From: Octopus vulgaris | Lineage: Eukaryota | Assembly (NCBI GenBank): GCA_951406725.2 | Contig: OX597818.1 | Coordinates: 108,004,001-108,068,000, forward strand | Length of the DNA: 64,000 nucleotides | Direction of reading: 5' to 3' | Shown: one piece after another, positions 1 through 11,207 of the stretch | How positions within the stretch are numbered: the first letter of the stretch is position 1 | How the letters are laid out: every line of letters starts with the position of its first letter | Position numbers and translations under genes: made by a program | Notes under the pieces: model-generated | Seen by the model: the letters and a program-made list of their open reading frames with translations, nothing else | Told to the model about the DNA's origin: nothing | The model's database searches: none

Positions 1-378
1 TCACTGTTTCTCTCAATAGCAAAGCTCCACCTCTGAATGAGAGCATGTGTCCCTGCCCAATAAAATTCTGTTGACTGTCCTTTGGGCCACCTCTTCACTA
101 CAGTTTTCACTTCCTCGTTACTGATGATCTTAAAGTCTAGAGTTTGATTCCTGGCATTGTGTTGTGTAGCGAAGAAGTGGCTCAAAGTACAGACAACAGA
201 ATTTTATGGGGCAGGGATACATGCTCTCATTAGAAGGTGGAACATTGCTATTGAGAGAAACGATGACTATGTTGAGAAGTAGGGATGTGATCCACAGAGG
301 ACCAGCTTCGTTTTGATGTATGATACATGTTCCTGTGTTGGTAATTATGCCTGTCCTAAACTTTTTGACTCACCTCAT
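1..378. mobile_element. Mariner-derived fold-back element (two inverted copies of a transposase 3' end; left end runs off the window)
   Basis: From 165 the + strand reads VAKKWLKVQTTEFYGAGIHALIRRWNIAIERNDDYVEK*, a typical mariner C-terminus, followed by a TIR-like AAACTTTTTGACTCACCTC ending near 378. 1-120 is a diverged reverse-complement copy (NEEVKTVVKRWPKGQSTEFY...). Confidence 0.8.
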
Positions 379-468
379 GGTATGTTATGGCACAATATGT
401 CACTATACACCGTGTTACAGTACAGTGTTATGTTACAATATGATGTTACTGTTATGAAATCATGTGTG

Positions 469-790
469 AAGGCACGTGGCTTAGTGGTTAGTGTGTTGGA
501 CTGATGATCTTAAAGTCTAGAGTTTGATTCCTGGCATTGTGTTGTGTCCTTCAGCAAGACACTTTATTTTCCATTTCTCCAGTCTGCTCAGCTGGCAAAA
601 GTGACTTGTACCTGTATTTGAACGGTCCAGCCTTGTTACGTACTGTGTAGTGCTGAATCACCCTGAGAACAACATTAAGGATATGTGTATCTGTGGTGTA
701 CTCAGCCACCTGCACATTAATTTAAGGAGTAAGCTGTTCTATTGATTGAATCAACTGGAATATTGATCATTATAACTGACAGAGTGCCAG
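469..790 (+). mobile_element. tRNA-derived CORE-type SINE
   Basis: A-box-like TGGCTTAGTGG, B-box-like GTTTGATTCC, then CORE-like TGTGTCCTTCAGCAAGACACTTTA. Related head at 28400-28732 (-). Confidence 0.75.
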
Positions 791-1341
791 CTTTTTTGTG
801 GGGTCAGCCTTTATTGAGAATGATTTATGGTAAGTTGGCAACCAGAAAATGATTGAAGGACTTACGGATCCATAAAGAAAAACAAGATTAATTGAAACAA
901 AATGATATTAGTGCTATAGAATGAATGCTTCCAAACAGCTTGGGGTTAATGTGGTCTGCAGTTTAGGGATATTTGGCAGTTTAGCCATAGAAGGAAGTCT
1001 ACGAAGCGCCAAATGTTAATGAGTTTTGTGTGTATTATTGGGTGAAGGATACTTGTAGAGGATGTTTTAGACTAGATAGATAAAAGTTAGTGGAGTTGTA
1101 GACTCTGAAACAGAAAGGGAATAACCAGAACACTGACATTTCTTTGGGCAAACAGAAGAGTGAAGAATGTAGAAGAGAGATCAGCAAAAGTGTTGAAGAC
1201 TTTATGGTAAGTGTGAAAGAAAGTTTTACAAACCATTCTGTGGAATGTATTGATTCAGTTTGAAATTTTGTTGAAGTCAAAGTTATCTTGGAAAGCAGCG
1301 TCTTAAAATATAGAAATTGGTTTTAATCCCCATGCCGTGCT

Positions 1342-1385
<44 letters not shown>

Positions 1386-2039
1386 GTTTATGCTGTAGCT
1401 GTTGTTTAGCCCCAGGCAAGATCAGACCAAGTAAACTTGATATCTAAGTTGAATTGTATTCCTTCCCAAGTTGAAACAACTTTAATGAGGTAAATAACTA
1501 CAGGCAAAACACTTGCTTAAGCACCTCATACAAGATTTTCACAGAAATCTTGACTAGGTACACAAAGCCATGCTAATTGGAATGGTCTGTAAGATAGCAG
1601 CAGTCACATTCCAGCCAAGACTTGGTACAGTAAACAATTGTTAATAAATTACACATGATTAATTACTTGTTAATACAATCCACATCACTATTGATTATTA
1701 ATATATTATATGTAATTATTCATGTTTAATTCCTTACATATGATTATTAATTATTAATACATTACAATTAATTGCTAAATATAAATGTATCCAAGATGAA
1801 GTCAGAAACTTGACTATAGTTTACTATGACAACCATAAAGTCTATGATACGATGCATCAGAATTGAATCCTGTTGGTAAATGAGTGTAAAAGATGCAAGG
1901 CTCAAAGCAAATGGTGCTTTCAAAGAAATCTCATTTAACATTGCCATAATTTTATAGCAGATTCTTGATTTCCTGTTCCAGTCTAGAGATTATCTCAGCT
2001 GTAATAAGTTGCTGACCTTCAGCAAAATTCAAATATGAC

Positions 2040-2200
2040 CCACATTACCCTGGATATGCTCTACTATAAAGTCCAGTCCGCTGGTAGGGCCTTCCATGCT
2101 GGACAGGTCAAAGGGCAGAGGCCAGACTAATATGGACCACTTCTTCCCAGAAGTAAAAATGGGGGTGCATAGAGCCAATAACCCTATCTACAAAAGAAAA
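2040..2200 (+). mobile_element. Decayed RTE 5'-UTR / Ceph-domain-like fragment
   Basis: GGTAGGGCC...CATGCTGGACAGGTCAAAGGGCAGAGGCCAGACTAA...GGGGGTG...GCCAATAACCCTA resembles RTE 5' UTR motifs from memory; not verified. Confidence 0.35.
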
Positions 2201-2545
2201 AAAAGGCAAAACTACAAAAGGGTCGATAACAATTCAAGATCAAAATGTGCTAAAAGATGGACAGCCCAATAAGAAGTCATCAAAGGCCCATCTATAGAGG
2301 GGAAAGGGTTGAAGTAGATAACACTTGAGATGATGCTGTCATCAGACACAAACCTGCTTGATGCCATTCCAAAAATACCATCTGGTAGAGTGGATAAGAT
2401 TTACTAATCAACACATTGTAACCATGTAACTACTATAATTACCTCTGAACTAGGGAACAGCAAGGCCCCTAGATAAACTCATCCACCTACTCTCATCTCT
2501 CCACCTTTTGTCAACCCTTCAGTACCTCACCTCTTAGAACTTGTA

Positions 2546-2771
2546 TTAACACTTCAGCATTTGAACCAGCCATATCCAGTCCAAATTCTACCTGTTTTAC
2601 ATTCAGACTGATTCAATCCACCCTGGCACATCTATCCTACAATGCCATTCTTAAATACACACCTGCAGGATCAAAGCCTTGAAACCTTTGAAATAATGCA
2701 GGATTCGTTTAAAATAATGTCAATAAATATGATTTACACTTAGCAGAGTAATGTGGATGCTAAAGGTTTAA
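2546..2771. mobile_element. piggyBac-type non-autonomous element (MITE), degenerate
   Basis: TTAA at both ends with imperfect TIRs CACTTCAGCAT / ATGCTAAAGGT. Confidence 0.55.
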
Positions 2772-2899
2772 ACTCATATCTCAGTCCTTATTTCCTGGGC
2801 AGCAACACTTTGGAGATGAACTACACACCTTCATCGTTATTTTCTTTTTCTACTGACCTATACCTGTGTTGCATAACCAGTGCACTCAAAAATACCTTG

Positions 2900-3231
2900 G
2901 ATCATAGGGCAACATGCCATGCTTGAGGTGACCTATAACATCAAAACCAAATCAAATCACAGTCAAATGGAAATTGTAGTTGTGATCCCCGTGCTGGTGG
3001 CACATATAAAAAGCACCATCCCATCGTGGTCAATGCCAGCCCCCTCTGGCCCTGTGCCGGTGGCATGTAACAAAACACCCAATACATTCCTGGAGTGGTT
3101 GGTGTTAGGAAGGGCATCCAACTAGAGAAACACTGCCAGATCAGACTGGAGCTTGATGCAGCCTCCTGGATTCACAGAACCCAGTCGAACCGGCCAACCC
3201 ATGCCAGCATGGAAAACGGACGTTAAACGAA

Positions 3232-3260
<29 letters not shown>
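2900..3260 (+). mobile_element. Family B repeat (RTE-LINE 3' UTR-derived, (GAT)n tail)
   Basis: GGAGTGGTTGGTGTTAGGAAGGGCATCC...GGAAAACGGACGTTAAAC followed by (GAT)n; about a dozen copies in the window. Confidence 0.85.
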
Positions 3261-3262
<2 letters not shown>

Positions 3263-3374
3263 AATGATGACATCTGCATTCAGGTGTTCTAACTAAACAT
3301 CAATCTCATTGTCAATGTCATCAGTGTCAATGAACCTGCAAAGATCACAGGAACTGGTTCTTCTTCTCAGACAA

Positions 3375-3594
3375 ACTAAAGAAGGAAATTTCGTTTCGGG
3401 ATTTGGTTTGCAAGATTCTTTATGTGAGTTCGTGTGCTGAAGCATATTTTGTTGTGTCTGGGGAGAGTCATTCTCTTTCGGTGCCTCATAATTTAACACA
3501 TTCACCAGTAAAATTTGTAAGTGGAAATCGGTGAGTGTGTTGAATTATAAGGCACCGAAAGAGAATGACTCTCCCCAGACACTAAAGAGGGAAA
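3375..3594. mobile_element. Fold-back insert (probable Penelope-like remnant) with 14-bp target-site duplication
   Basis: Inverted arms 3454-3506 and 3530-3582. Flanked by ACTAAAGAAGGAAA (3375) and ACTAAAGAGGGAAA (3581). Same family as 37885-38030. Confidence 0.7.
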
Positions 3595-3779
3595 GTTTGG
3601 CTGAATCAACTGAAGAGGCTGAAATGAAATGATGCTGATTGGCAAGTAAATGGATAAATGGCAGTTGTGGGGATGGCGGAATGATGGAGATTATGAAGGT
3701 GATCATGATGAAGATGATGATGACAAAAAAGACAGCCAGCAATGACAATGTTGATTTCAATCATGAAAGCGACAACAAC

Positions 3780-4376
3780 AACTATGATGATGATGTTGAT
3801 GATGATGGTGATGAGGATGATGATGATAACCACAGTTATGATCATCATCATCATCATCATTATCATGACGAAGATGATGATAATGATGATGATGAGAAAG
3901 ATGATGATGATGATGAGGATGATGATGACGATGAAAAAGATGAGGAGGGGGAGGAAGAAAAAGAGGAGGTGACAAGGAAATAAGTGGGAGAAATAGGAGG
4001 TCAAAATATTGGAAAAAAAAAAGATCATGAAACAGGTTTTGAGTCAATATCTGTCATATTCTGAAAGGAAGTTTGTTGTAACCATGGTAATAATTGCTAT
4101 CCTTGTTGCCATGGCTTTCTAACATGGCAGCCTCATTTTGTTGCAGTGGCTAATATACTGCGACTGCTACAGCAATTGGCATCATTGTTATTATGGAGAA
4201 AATGGATGCTGTGGTGGCTGATGTGGAATCCGTATTTGTTGTTGCTGTTGTTGTTATTATAGAAGTGGTATTTGCCTGTGTGGTTGTGGTGATGATGATG
4301 ATGATGATGAAGTTAACTGGAATTTGATCTGGCATTTCTGTTGCAGCATAAATATTACTATTGTTGTTGTTATTGC

Positions 4377-4414
<38 letters not shown>

Positions 4415-4879
4415 GTGATCTAAATGGTGGTTGTCATATCTGGAAAACATTCATATGTTGTGTTACAAAGCAACCAAATCTTTACTACTTATTTATTTAT
4501 TTATTGTGTAACAAAATGAGCAAAAACTGTTAAATAAATAAACAGAAAATAGATAAAAAATCAAAAAGCAACAACTCAAACAGAAAAAAAAACATTTAAA
4601 TCTCAATAATTCTTTTTCCACTATTTTTCCCCAATTTTGTTGTTGCTATTTTTTGTTCTTATATTCTTTTCTCGTTTCTTTTTTCCCAATACTCTTAACC
4701 TCTACCATATATAATATCTCGGTAAATAATTAAAACCATTATTCAAATTTGTGGGGCTACAGTTTCAAAAGGGCTTTTTTTTTCTAACATTTAAATAAAA
4801 ATAATAACAACAACAACAGTAATAATAACACAATCTTTATAATGATAATGATGATAATAATAATAATAATAATAATAAT

Positions 4880-4932
<53 letters not shown>

Positions 4933-4943
4933 TAATAATAATG

Positions 4944-4986
<43 letters not shown>

Positions 4987-4997
4987 TAATAATAATG

Positions 4998-5061
<64 letters not shown>

Positions 5062-5198
5062 TAATAATGATGATGATGATGATGATGATGATGATTGATT
5101 ATTATTATTATTATTATTATTATTATCATCATTGTTATTATTATTAATATTATTATTGTTATTATAATAACAAGAAGAAGGAGAAGAAGAAGAAGAAG

Positions 5199-5231
<33 letters not shown>

Positions 5232-5313
5232 AAGAAGAAGAAGAAAAAGAAGAAGAAGAAGAAGAAAAATAACAATATTAATAATGACAACAGCAATGAT
5301 GATGATGATGATG

Positions 5314-5353
<40 letters not shown>

Positions 5354-5418
5354 TGATAATAATAATAATAGCAATAATAACAAAAACAACAACAGCAATT
5401 ATAATAACAATAATGATA

Positions 5419-5449
<31 letters not shown>

Positions 5450-5519
5450 TCATCATGATCATCATAATAATTAGAATGATAATAGTTATGATGATGATGA
5501 TGATGATAATAATAAAAAA

Positions 5520-5557
<38 letters not shown>

Positions 5558-5749
5558 GCAATAACAATAAAATAACAATTGCCATAAATATGAGAAAAAA
5601 GAAAACAAAAAGCAAAAAAATAAAGAAAAACGTAAAAATTGCTAAAGAAGAATTGATGCATATTTTGTTTTTTTAATTTGTTGTTGCTCTTCTTCTTCTT
5701 CTTCTTCTTCTTCTTCTTCTTCTTCTTCTTCTCCTCCTCCTTCTTCTCT

Positions 5750-5784
<35 letters not shown>

Positions 5785-5846
5785 TTCTTCTTCTGCTTCT
5801 TCTCCTCCTCCTCCTCCTCCTCCTCCTCCTTCTTCTTCCTTTTCTT

Positions 5847-5905
<59 letters not shown>

Positions 5906-5920
5906 GTCTTCTTCTTCTTC
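3780..5920. repeat. Compound trinucleotide microsatellite field (GAT, AAT, TAT, AAG, CTT, CCT)
   Basis: Read directly; explains the poly-I/D/R/E/F ORFs. Confidence 0.95.
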
Positions 5921-6429
5921 TCCAGATGATATTCTGTTAAGTTTCGATAGGGAAAGTGAAAGTAGAAGTGAAACGAAATGTTTCTGTCTGCAAGATGCAA
6001 AGCCATAAGCAAAGCTGGTAACATCCAAACAATTGACTTTAAAGGTCATGAACTGTAATTTTTAATAATAGGCTGTGAATAACAAACCTCCAATGCTTTC
6101 ACTCTGTAACGAGTTGCTTGGCATTATGAAAGATTTTTCTTCTTTGCTATGTTTACATTCACTTGTCTTCAAAAGTCCACATTTAAACCTATGATATAAG
6201 ATTTGTTCAGAAAGGTCAAACGATATGATTGGGAATGTTTGCGCATATATATTTGTCTGTATGTGTGGACATATGAATAAACAAATATATCTGTGTAGAT
6301 ATGTAGGTATATGTGTATGTGTGTGTGTATACGTATGTATCCTTGTGTAGGAGATTGTGTTTGTATGAAATGTTTATGTATGTAGACACGAATATGCATA
6401 ATTGTATGTGGGTGTATGTGGGTATATAT

Positions 6430-6456
<27 letters not shown>

Positions 6457-6470
<14 letters not shown>

Positions 6471-6528
6471 TGTGTGCACGCTCATAATGTTTTTATAAGA
6501 GTTGCATATATATATATATATATATACA

Positions 6529-6564
<36 letters not shown>

Positions 6565-6574
6565 CATGTATGCA

Positions 6575-6614
<40 letters not shown>

Positions 6615-7365
6615 CATATATATATGTATATATATATACGTATATACACATATAGATATATATATGCACACATACATATATGCTTATATACATATATATA
6701 TATATATACACCTATACACATATAAATATCGATGTATACATGCATATTTCTAAAGAGAGATATAGTCATATATGAGTATACATACATATATATATAAACA
6801 CACACATGCATATCATCATCATCACCATCATATGCATGTGTGTATATATACAAATATATAAATAAATGTGTATATATTTATATGTATATATTTGTATGTG
6901 TGTATATACATATATATTTGTATGTATGTATATATACACAATATATATATATATATAAATATATACAAATATATATATACAATATATATATATATATATA
7001 TATATATTGATATATTTGTATATATTTATATATATATATTTTTGTATATATATACATACATACAAATATATATGTATTTACACACATACAAATATATACA
7101 TATAAATATATACACATTTATTTATATATTTGTATATATACACACATGCATATGATGATGATGATGATGATATGCATGTGTGTGTTTATATATATATGTA
7201 TGTATACTCATATATGACTATATCTCTCTTTAGAAATATGCATGTATACATCGATATTTATATGTGTATAGGTGTATATATATATATGTATATAAGCATA
7301 TATGTATGTGTGCATATATATATCTATATGTGTATATACGTATATATATATGCATATATATATGC

Positions 7366-7401
<36 letters not shown>

Positions 7402-7406
7402 GCATG

Positions 7407-7472
<66 letters not shown>

Positions 7473-7518
7473 ACTCTTATAAAAACATTATGAGCGTGCA
7501 CACACAAACACACACACA
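6457..7518. repeat. ~1 kb inverted duplication (palindrome) of TA/CA-rich DNA centred on (TA)n near 6995
   Basis: GTGCACGCTCATAATGTTTTTATAAGAGTTGC (6474-6505) is mirrored at 7469-7502. ATCGATGTATACATGCATATTTCTAAAGAGAGATATAGTC (from 6728) is mirrored near 7216-7256. Confidence 0.9.
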
Positions 7519-7559
7519 TATATATATGCATACATGTATACATGTATATATATACACAC

Positions 7560-7598
<39 letters not shown>

Positions 7599-7687
7599 CA
7601 AACATATCACCATCATCACCATATAAATTTGTGTATATACATATATAATATGTATATATATATATATATGTGTATATATATATGTGT

Positions 7688-7720
<33 letters not shown>

Positions 7721-7749
7721 ATATATATATATATATATATACATATAGA

Positions 7750-7787
<38 letters not shown>

Positions 7788-8121
7788 CATGTGTCTGTAT
7801 GTATGTTTATGTATATATATGTGTGGTGTGTGTATGTATATATGTATGCATATATATGTATGTATATATATGCACACATATGATGAATAGACAGGGATAA
7901 GAAATCCAGCCGGGTACTATGCGATCACTCGGTTATAATCCAGGTTCTAGTTAATCACATCGAGTTTTGTAAGGAGCACCTAGGATTACTTAAGGTCAAC
8001 AATCCCACTGTAATTCATCCAATGGGTAAATCCTTGGTTTGCTTCTGCGCTGGATTATAAACATTTTACCGATTGTATATTCATGAAAATTACAATGAAT
8101 CTCCATATTCATTGTAATTGT

Positions 8122-8161
<40 letters not shown>

Positions 8162-8165
<4 letters not shown>

Positions 8166-8490
8166 TCAGCATCATCAGCATCATCATCGATTAACGTCTG
8201 GTTTCCATGCTGGCATGAGTTGGATGGTTCAACTAAAGTGTGGAGAACCAGAAGGCCTCACCAGGCTCCGATCTTGATCTGGCAATGTTTCTGCAGCTGA
8301 ATGCCCTTCCTAACACCATCCACTCCAAGAGTGTAGTGGATGTTTTTTATATGCCACCAGCACAGGGTCCAGTAAAGTGGGTCTGGCAGCGACCACATTC
8401 GGACGGTGCTTTTTACGTGCCACCTGCACAGGAGCCAGTCAGTGGGTACTAGCATTGGTCATGATTGGTTGGTGCTTTTTACATGCCATA
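8162..8490 (-). mobile_element. Family B repeat
   Basis: (CAT)n, then CGATTAACGTCTGGTTTCCATGCTGGCATG...GCCCTTCCTAACACCA. Confidence 0.85.
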
Positions 8491-9392
8491 TTGTTCCATT
8501 GACACCACCAGATTGAGTGGTACTGTCCAGGTGTCAAAACCATAATGATATCTGTGGGGCACTGATGAGGGAGCTATGTTGGAATGTTGGTATGGTTGTT
8601 TTTATATATGTGGAATGGTGTTATAACACATCCTTTTGATATATATATATATATATAATATAAGTATGTGTCAGTTAATGAATGACACATGAACAGGTGT
8701 TATGTAATCACCTTCGTTAGCTTACAGCTGTCCCTGCAACATGAAACAGAGCCCTCACAACTGAGTGTTTGTGCAATGGGGCAGTATTTAACTGCTTCCT
8801 GAAAATAAACCTACATTTCAATGACTCTGGTGAAACCATGGGATTTTGTGTGAGCATTGAGCTGTGAGTGCATTAATTCTTATAGCAGAAACAACTGTAA
8901 GCCAATAAAAGTGATTACATAATTTCAGTTCTTGAATTGTTCATTAACTAATATTACACTCTGTACTCTGCATATATTTTATTCTAAAGCATAAGTATGT
9001 TGGATTCTAACAGCTGCTTATCTGTATCATACATGCACACATAAATACATACGTAGATACATGCATACACACGTGCATGAGTGTGTTTGTGTGTGTGTGT
9101 GTGTGTAAGGGAGAGTGAAAGACTGTATGAGCAACAGTGAATAAAGACAGGAGAAATAGAATTTATACAGAGAGAAAAATAAACTGATTTCAAGATATAG
9201 TGATGTATGGAGAAAATATAAAGTGAAAGTTAGAGAAAAGAGAGAGACAAGTGGGGAGAATGGGGGAATATTTTGCATATATTTGGAGAAAGAGGGGAAA
9301 AGAGTGAATTGTGATGAAGGAGAGTAATAAAAAAAGAAAAAGGAGAGAGAGGAATTTATGTAGGGGGAAGCAAACAGAATGTGGATACATTG

Positions 9393-9426
<34 letters not shown>

Positions 9427-10169
9427 GGCGAGTTTATATAGTAAGAGGGGGGAAACAGATTGAATTTTAAAAATCAAAGGAAGTAAGTTAATTCAATGAA
9501 AGATTTAATGCTGAACAAGATTTAATTCAAAGTAAAACAGTTTTTTTAATTTTTTTTTTTTACTTTCCAACATGGAAGTCCAGGAAGAAGGAAAAGCAGG
9601 AATAGAGTGCTGGTGGTGGTGGTGGAAAAGCAGGAGTAGAGTGCTGGTGGTGGAGGTTTTGGTGGTGGAGGTTGCAGTGGTGGTGGAGGTTGTGATAGTG
9701 GTACTGGTGGTGGTGGTGGTTGTGGTAGGCTGGTGTTTCATGGAGATGTTGATGGTTGTGATAAGTGCTGTGTTGGTGTATGTAGAAGCCATAGTGTTAA
9801 AGGTATTAATGGTAATACCATGATGGTAGTGGTGTTGGGGGTGTTATGGATGATGGCTGGGATAATGGTAGTGATAATGGTGAGAGTAGAAATACAGTTC
9901 GATGTGTTGGAGATGATGGAGTAAGCGGTGGCAGTTTTTTATGTGGTACTGGGCGCCTTGATAATGGAGGTGGTTTTGAGAATGGAAACAAAAGCATCAG
10001 TGGCAACGAAAGCAGAGGTGCCGACAATGAGTTCAGGGGTGGCAGAGACCATTTCTGTAAAAATTCTTGAAATGTTAATAGATTTGTGGGTCATTGAGCA
10101 GTTCTTGGTTTTTACAAAGTCTCTTTTGCCATGATTTACTTAATTTTTGCCAGGGACAGAAGAAAGAGG

Positions 10170-10495
10170 ATCATCATCATCATCATCATCGTTTAACGTT
10201 CGCTTTCCATGCTAGCATGGGTTGGACGATTTGACTGAGGACTGGTGAACCAGATGGCTGCACCAGGCTCCAATCTTGATCTGGCAGAGCTTCTACAGCT
10301 GGATGCCCTTCCTAACGCCAACCACTCTGAGAGTGTAGTGGTTGCTTTTTACATGTCACCAGCACATGGAAGCCAGTCAAGGTGGTGATGGCATCAGCCA
10401 CATTCAGATGGTGCTTTTTACATGCCACCAGCACTGGGGTCACAACCACAATTTCCATTTGACTTTCACTTTGATGTTGATGTACTTGGCTCATG
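10170..10495 (-). mobile_element. Family B repeat
   Basis: (CAT)n CGTTTAACGTTCGCTTTCCATGCTAGCATGGG...GGATGCCCTTCCTAACGCCAACC. Confidence 0.85.
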
Positions 10496-10589
10496 ATTAC
10501 ATGACCGACTAGACAATGAGATTTTGTTATACATCACAGGTTACAAGGCACTTTGAATCATTTTAGCTTTCATATAATGCCACCTTAAT

Positions 10590-10785
10590 GGCTAGAAAAG
10601 CAGGCCAACATTCCCCTTGATCAGAGGTCTGTCCTATCACAGGGTTGCCCAGTTACAGCTGACTGTCAATGGACAACCCTGTAAATGAAGTGCTTTGTTA
10701 AAGAACATACGCAGCCAGTTTGGGAGTTGAACCCATGATTTCTCATGATCATGAATGCAGCACGTCTAACCACTAGGCCACACAC
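10590..10785 (-). mobile_element. Degenerate tRNA-headed SINE
   Basis: Minus strand begins GTGTGGCCTAGTGGTTAGAC...GGGTTCAACTCCC (A/B boxes). Confidence 0.55.
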
Positions 10786-10818
10786 TTTGACATGTATGTG
10801 TGTGCATGTGCACATGTG

Positions 10819-10852
<34 letters not shown>

Positions 10853-10999
10853 AATTTATAAATGAGGATAATATCGATATTTAAATATTGATATTATCAA
10901 GTGGCCAGCATGGGAAAAAATACCAGACAAAGGTATTTTTAGTGGTAAAAAATTATTACCTTTGTATATATATATATATATATATATTTGTATGTATGT

Positions 11000-11207
11000 A
11001 GTTTGTGTGTTGTAGTTTGTCCCTCCCACCATCGCTTGATGTTGGTGTGTTTATGGCCCCGTGACATAGCAGTTCGGCTAAAGAGAGCAATAGAATAAGT
11101 GCTAGGCTTACAAAGAATAAGCTCTGGCATCGATTTGTTCAACCAAAGGCTGTGCTCCAGCATGGCCACAGTCAAATGACTGAAACAAGTTAAAGAATAA
11201 AAGAATA
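11000..11207 (+). mobile_element. Family A SINE, 3' half
   Basis: CCCACCATCGCTTGA...GCTCCAGCATGGCCACAGTCAAATGACTGAAACAAG plus AAAGAAT tail. Confidence 0.8.

Noticed and set aside
3610-3635. CTGAAGA GGCT GAAA as a hammerhead
   Set aside because: No stem II, stem III or stem I pairing.
4105-4118. GTTGCCATGGC RFX X-box-like motif
   Set aside because: Incomplete palindrome and no supported promoter or gene nearby.
10232-10260. CTGAGGA/CTGAAGA plus small hairpin in family B copies (also near 21012) as a hammerhead
   Set aside because: No GAAA or stem III follows.
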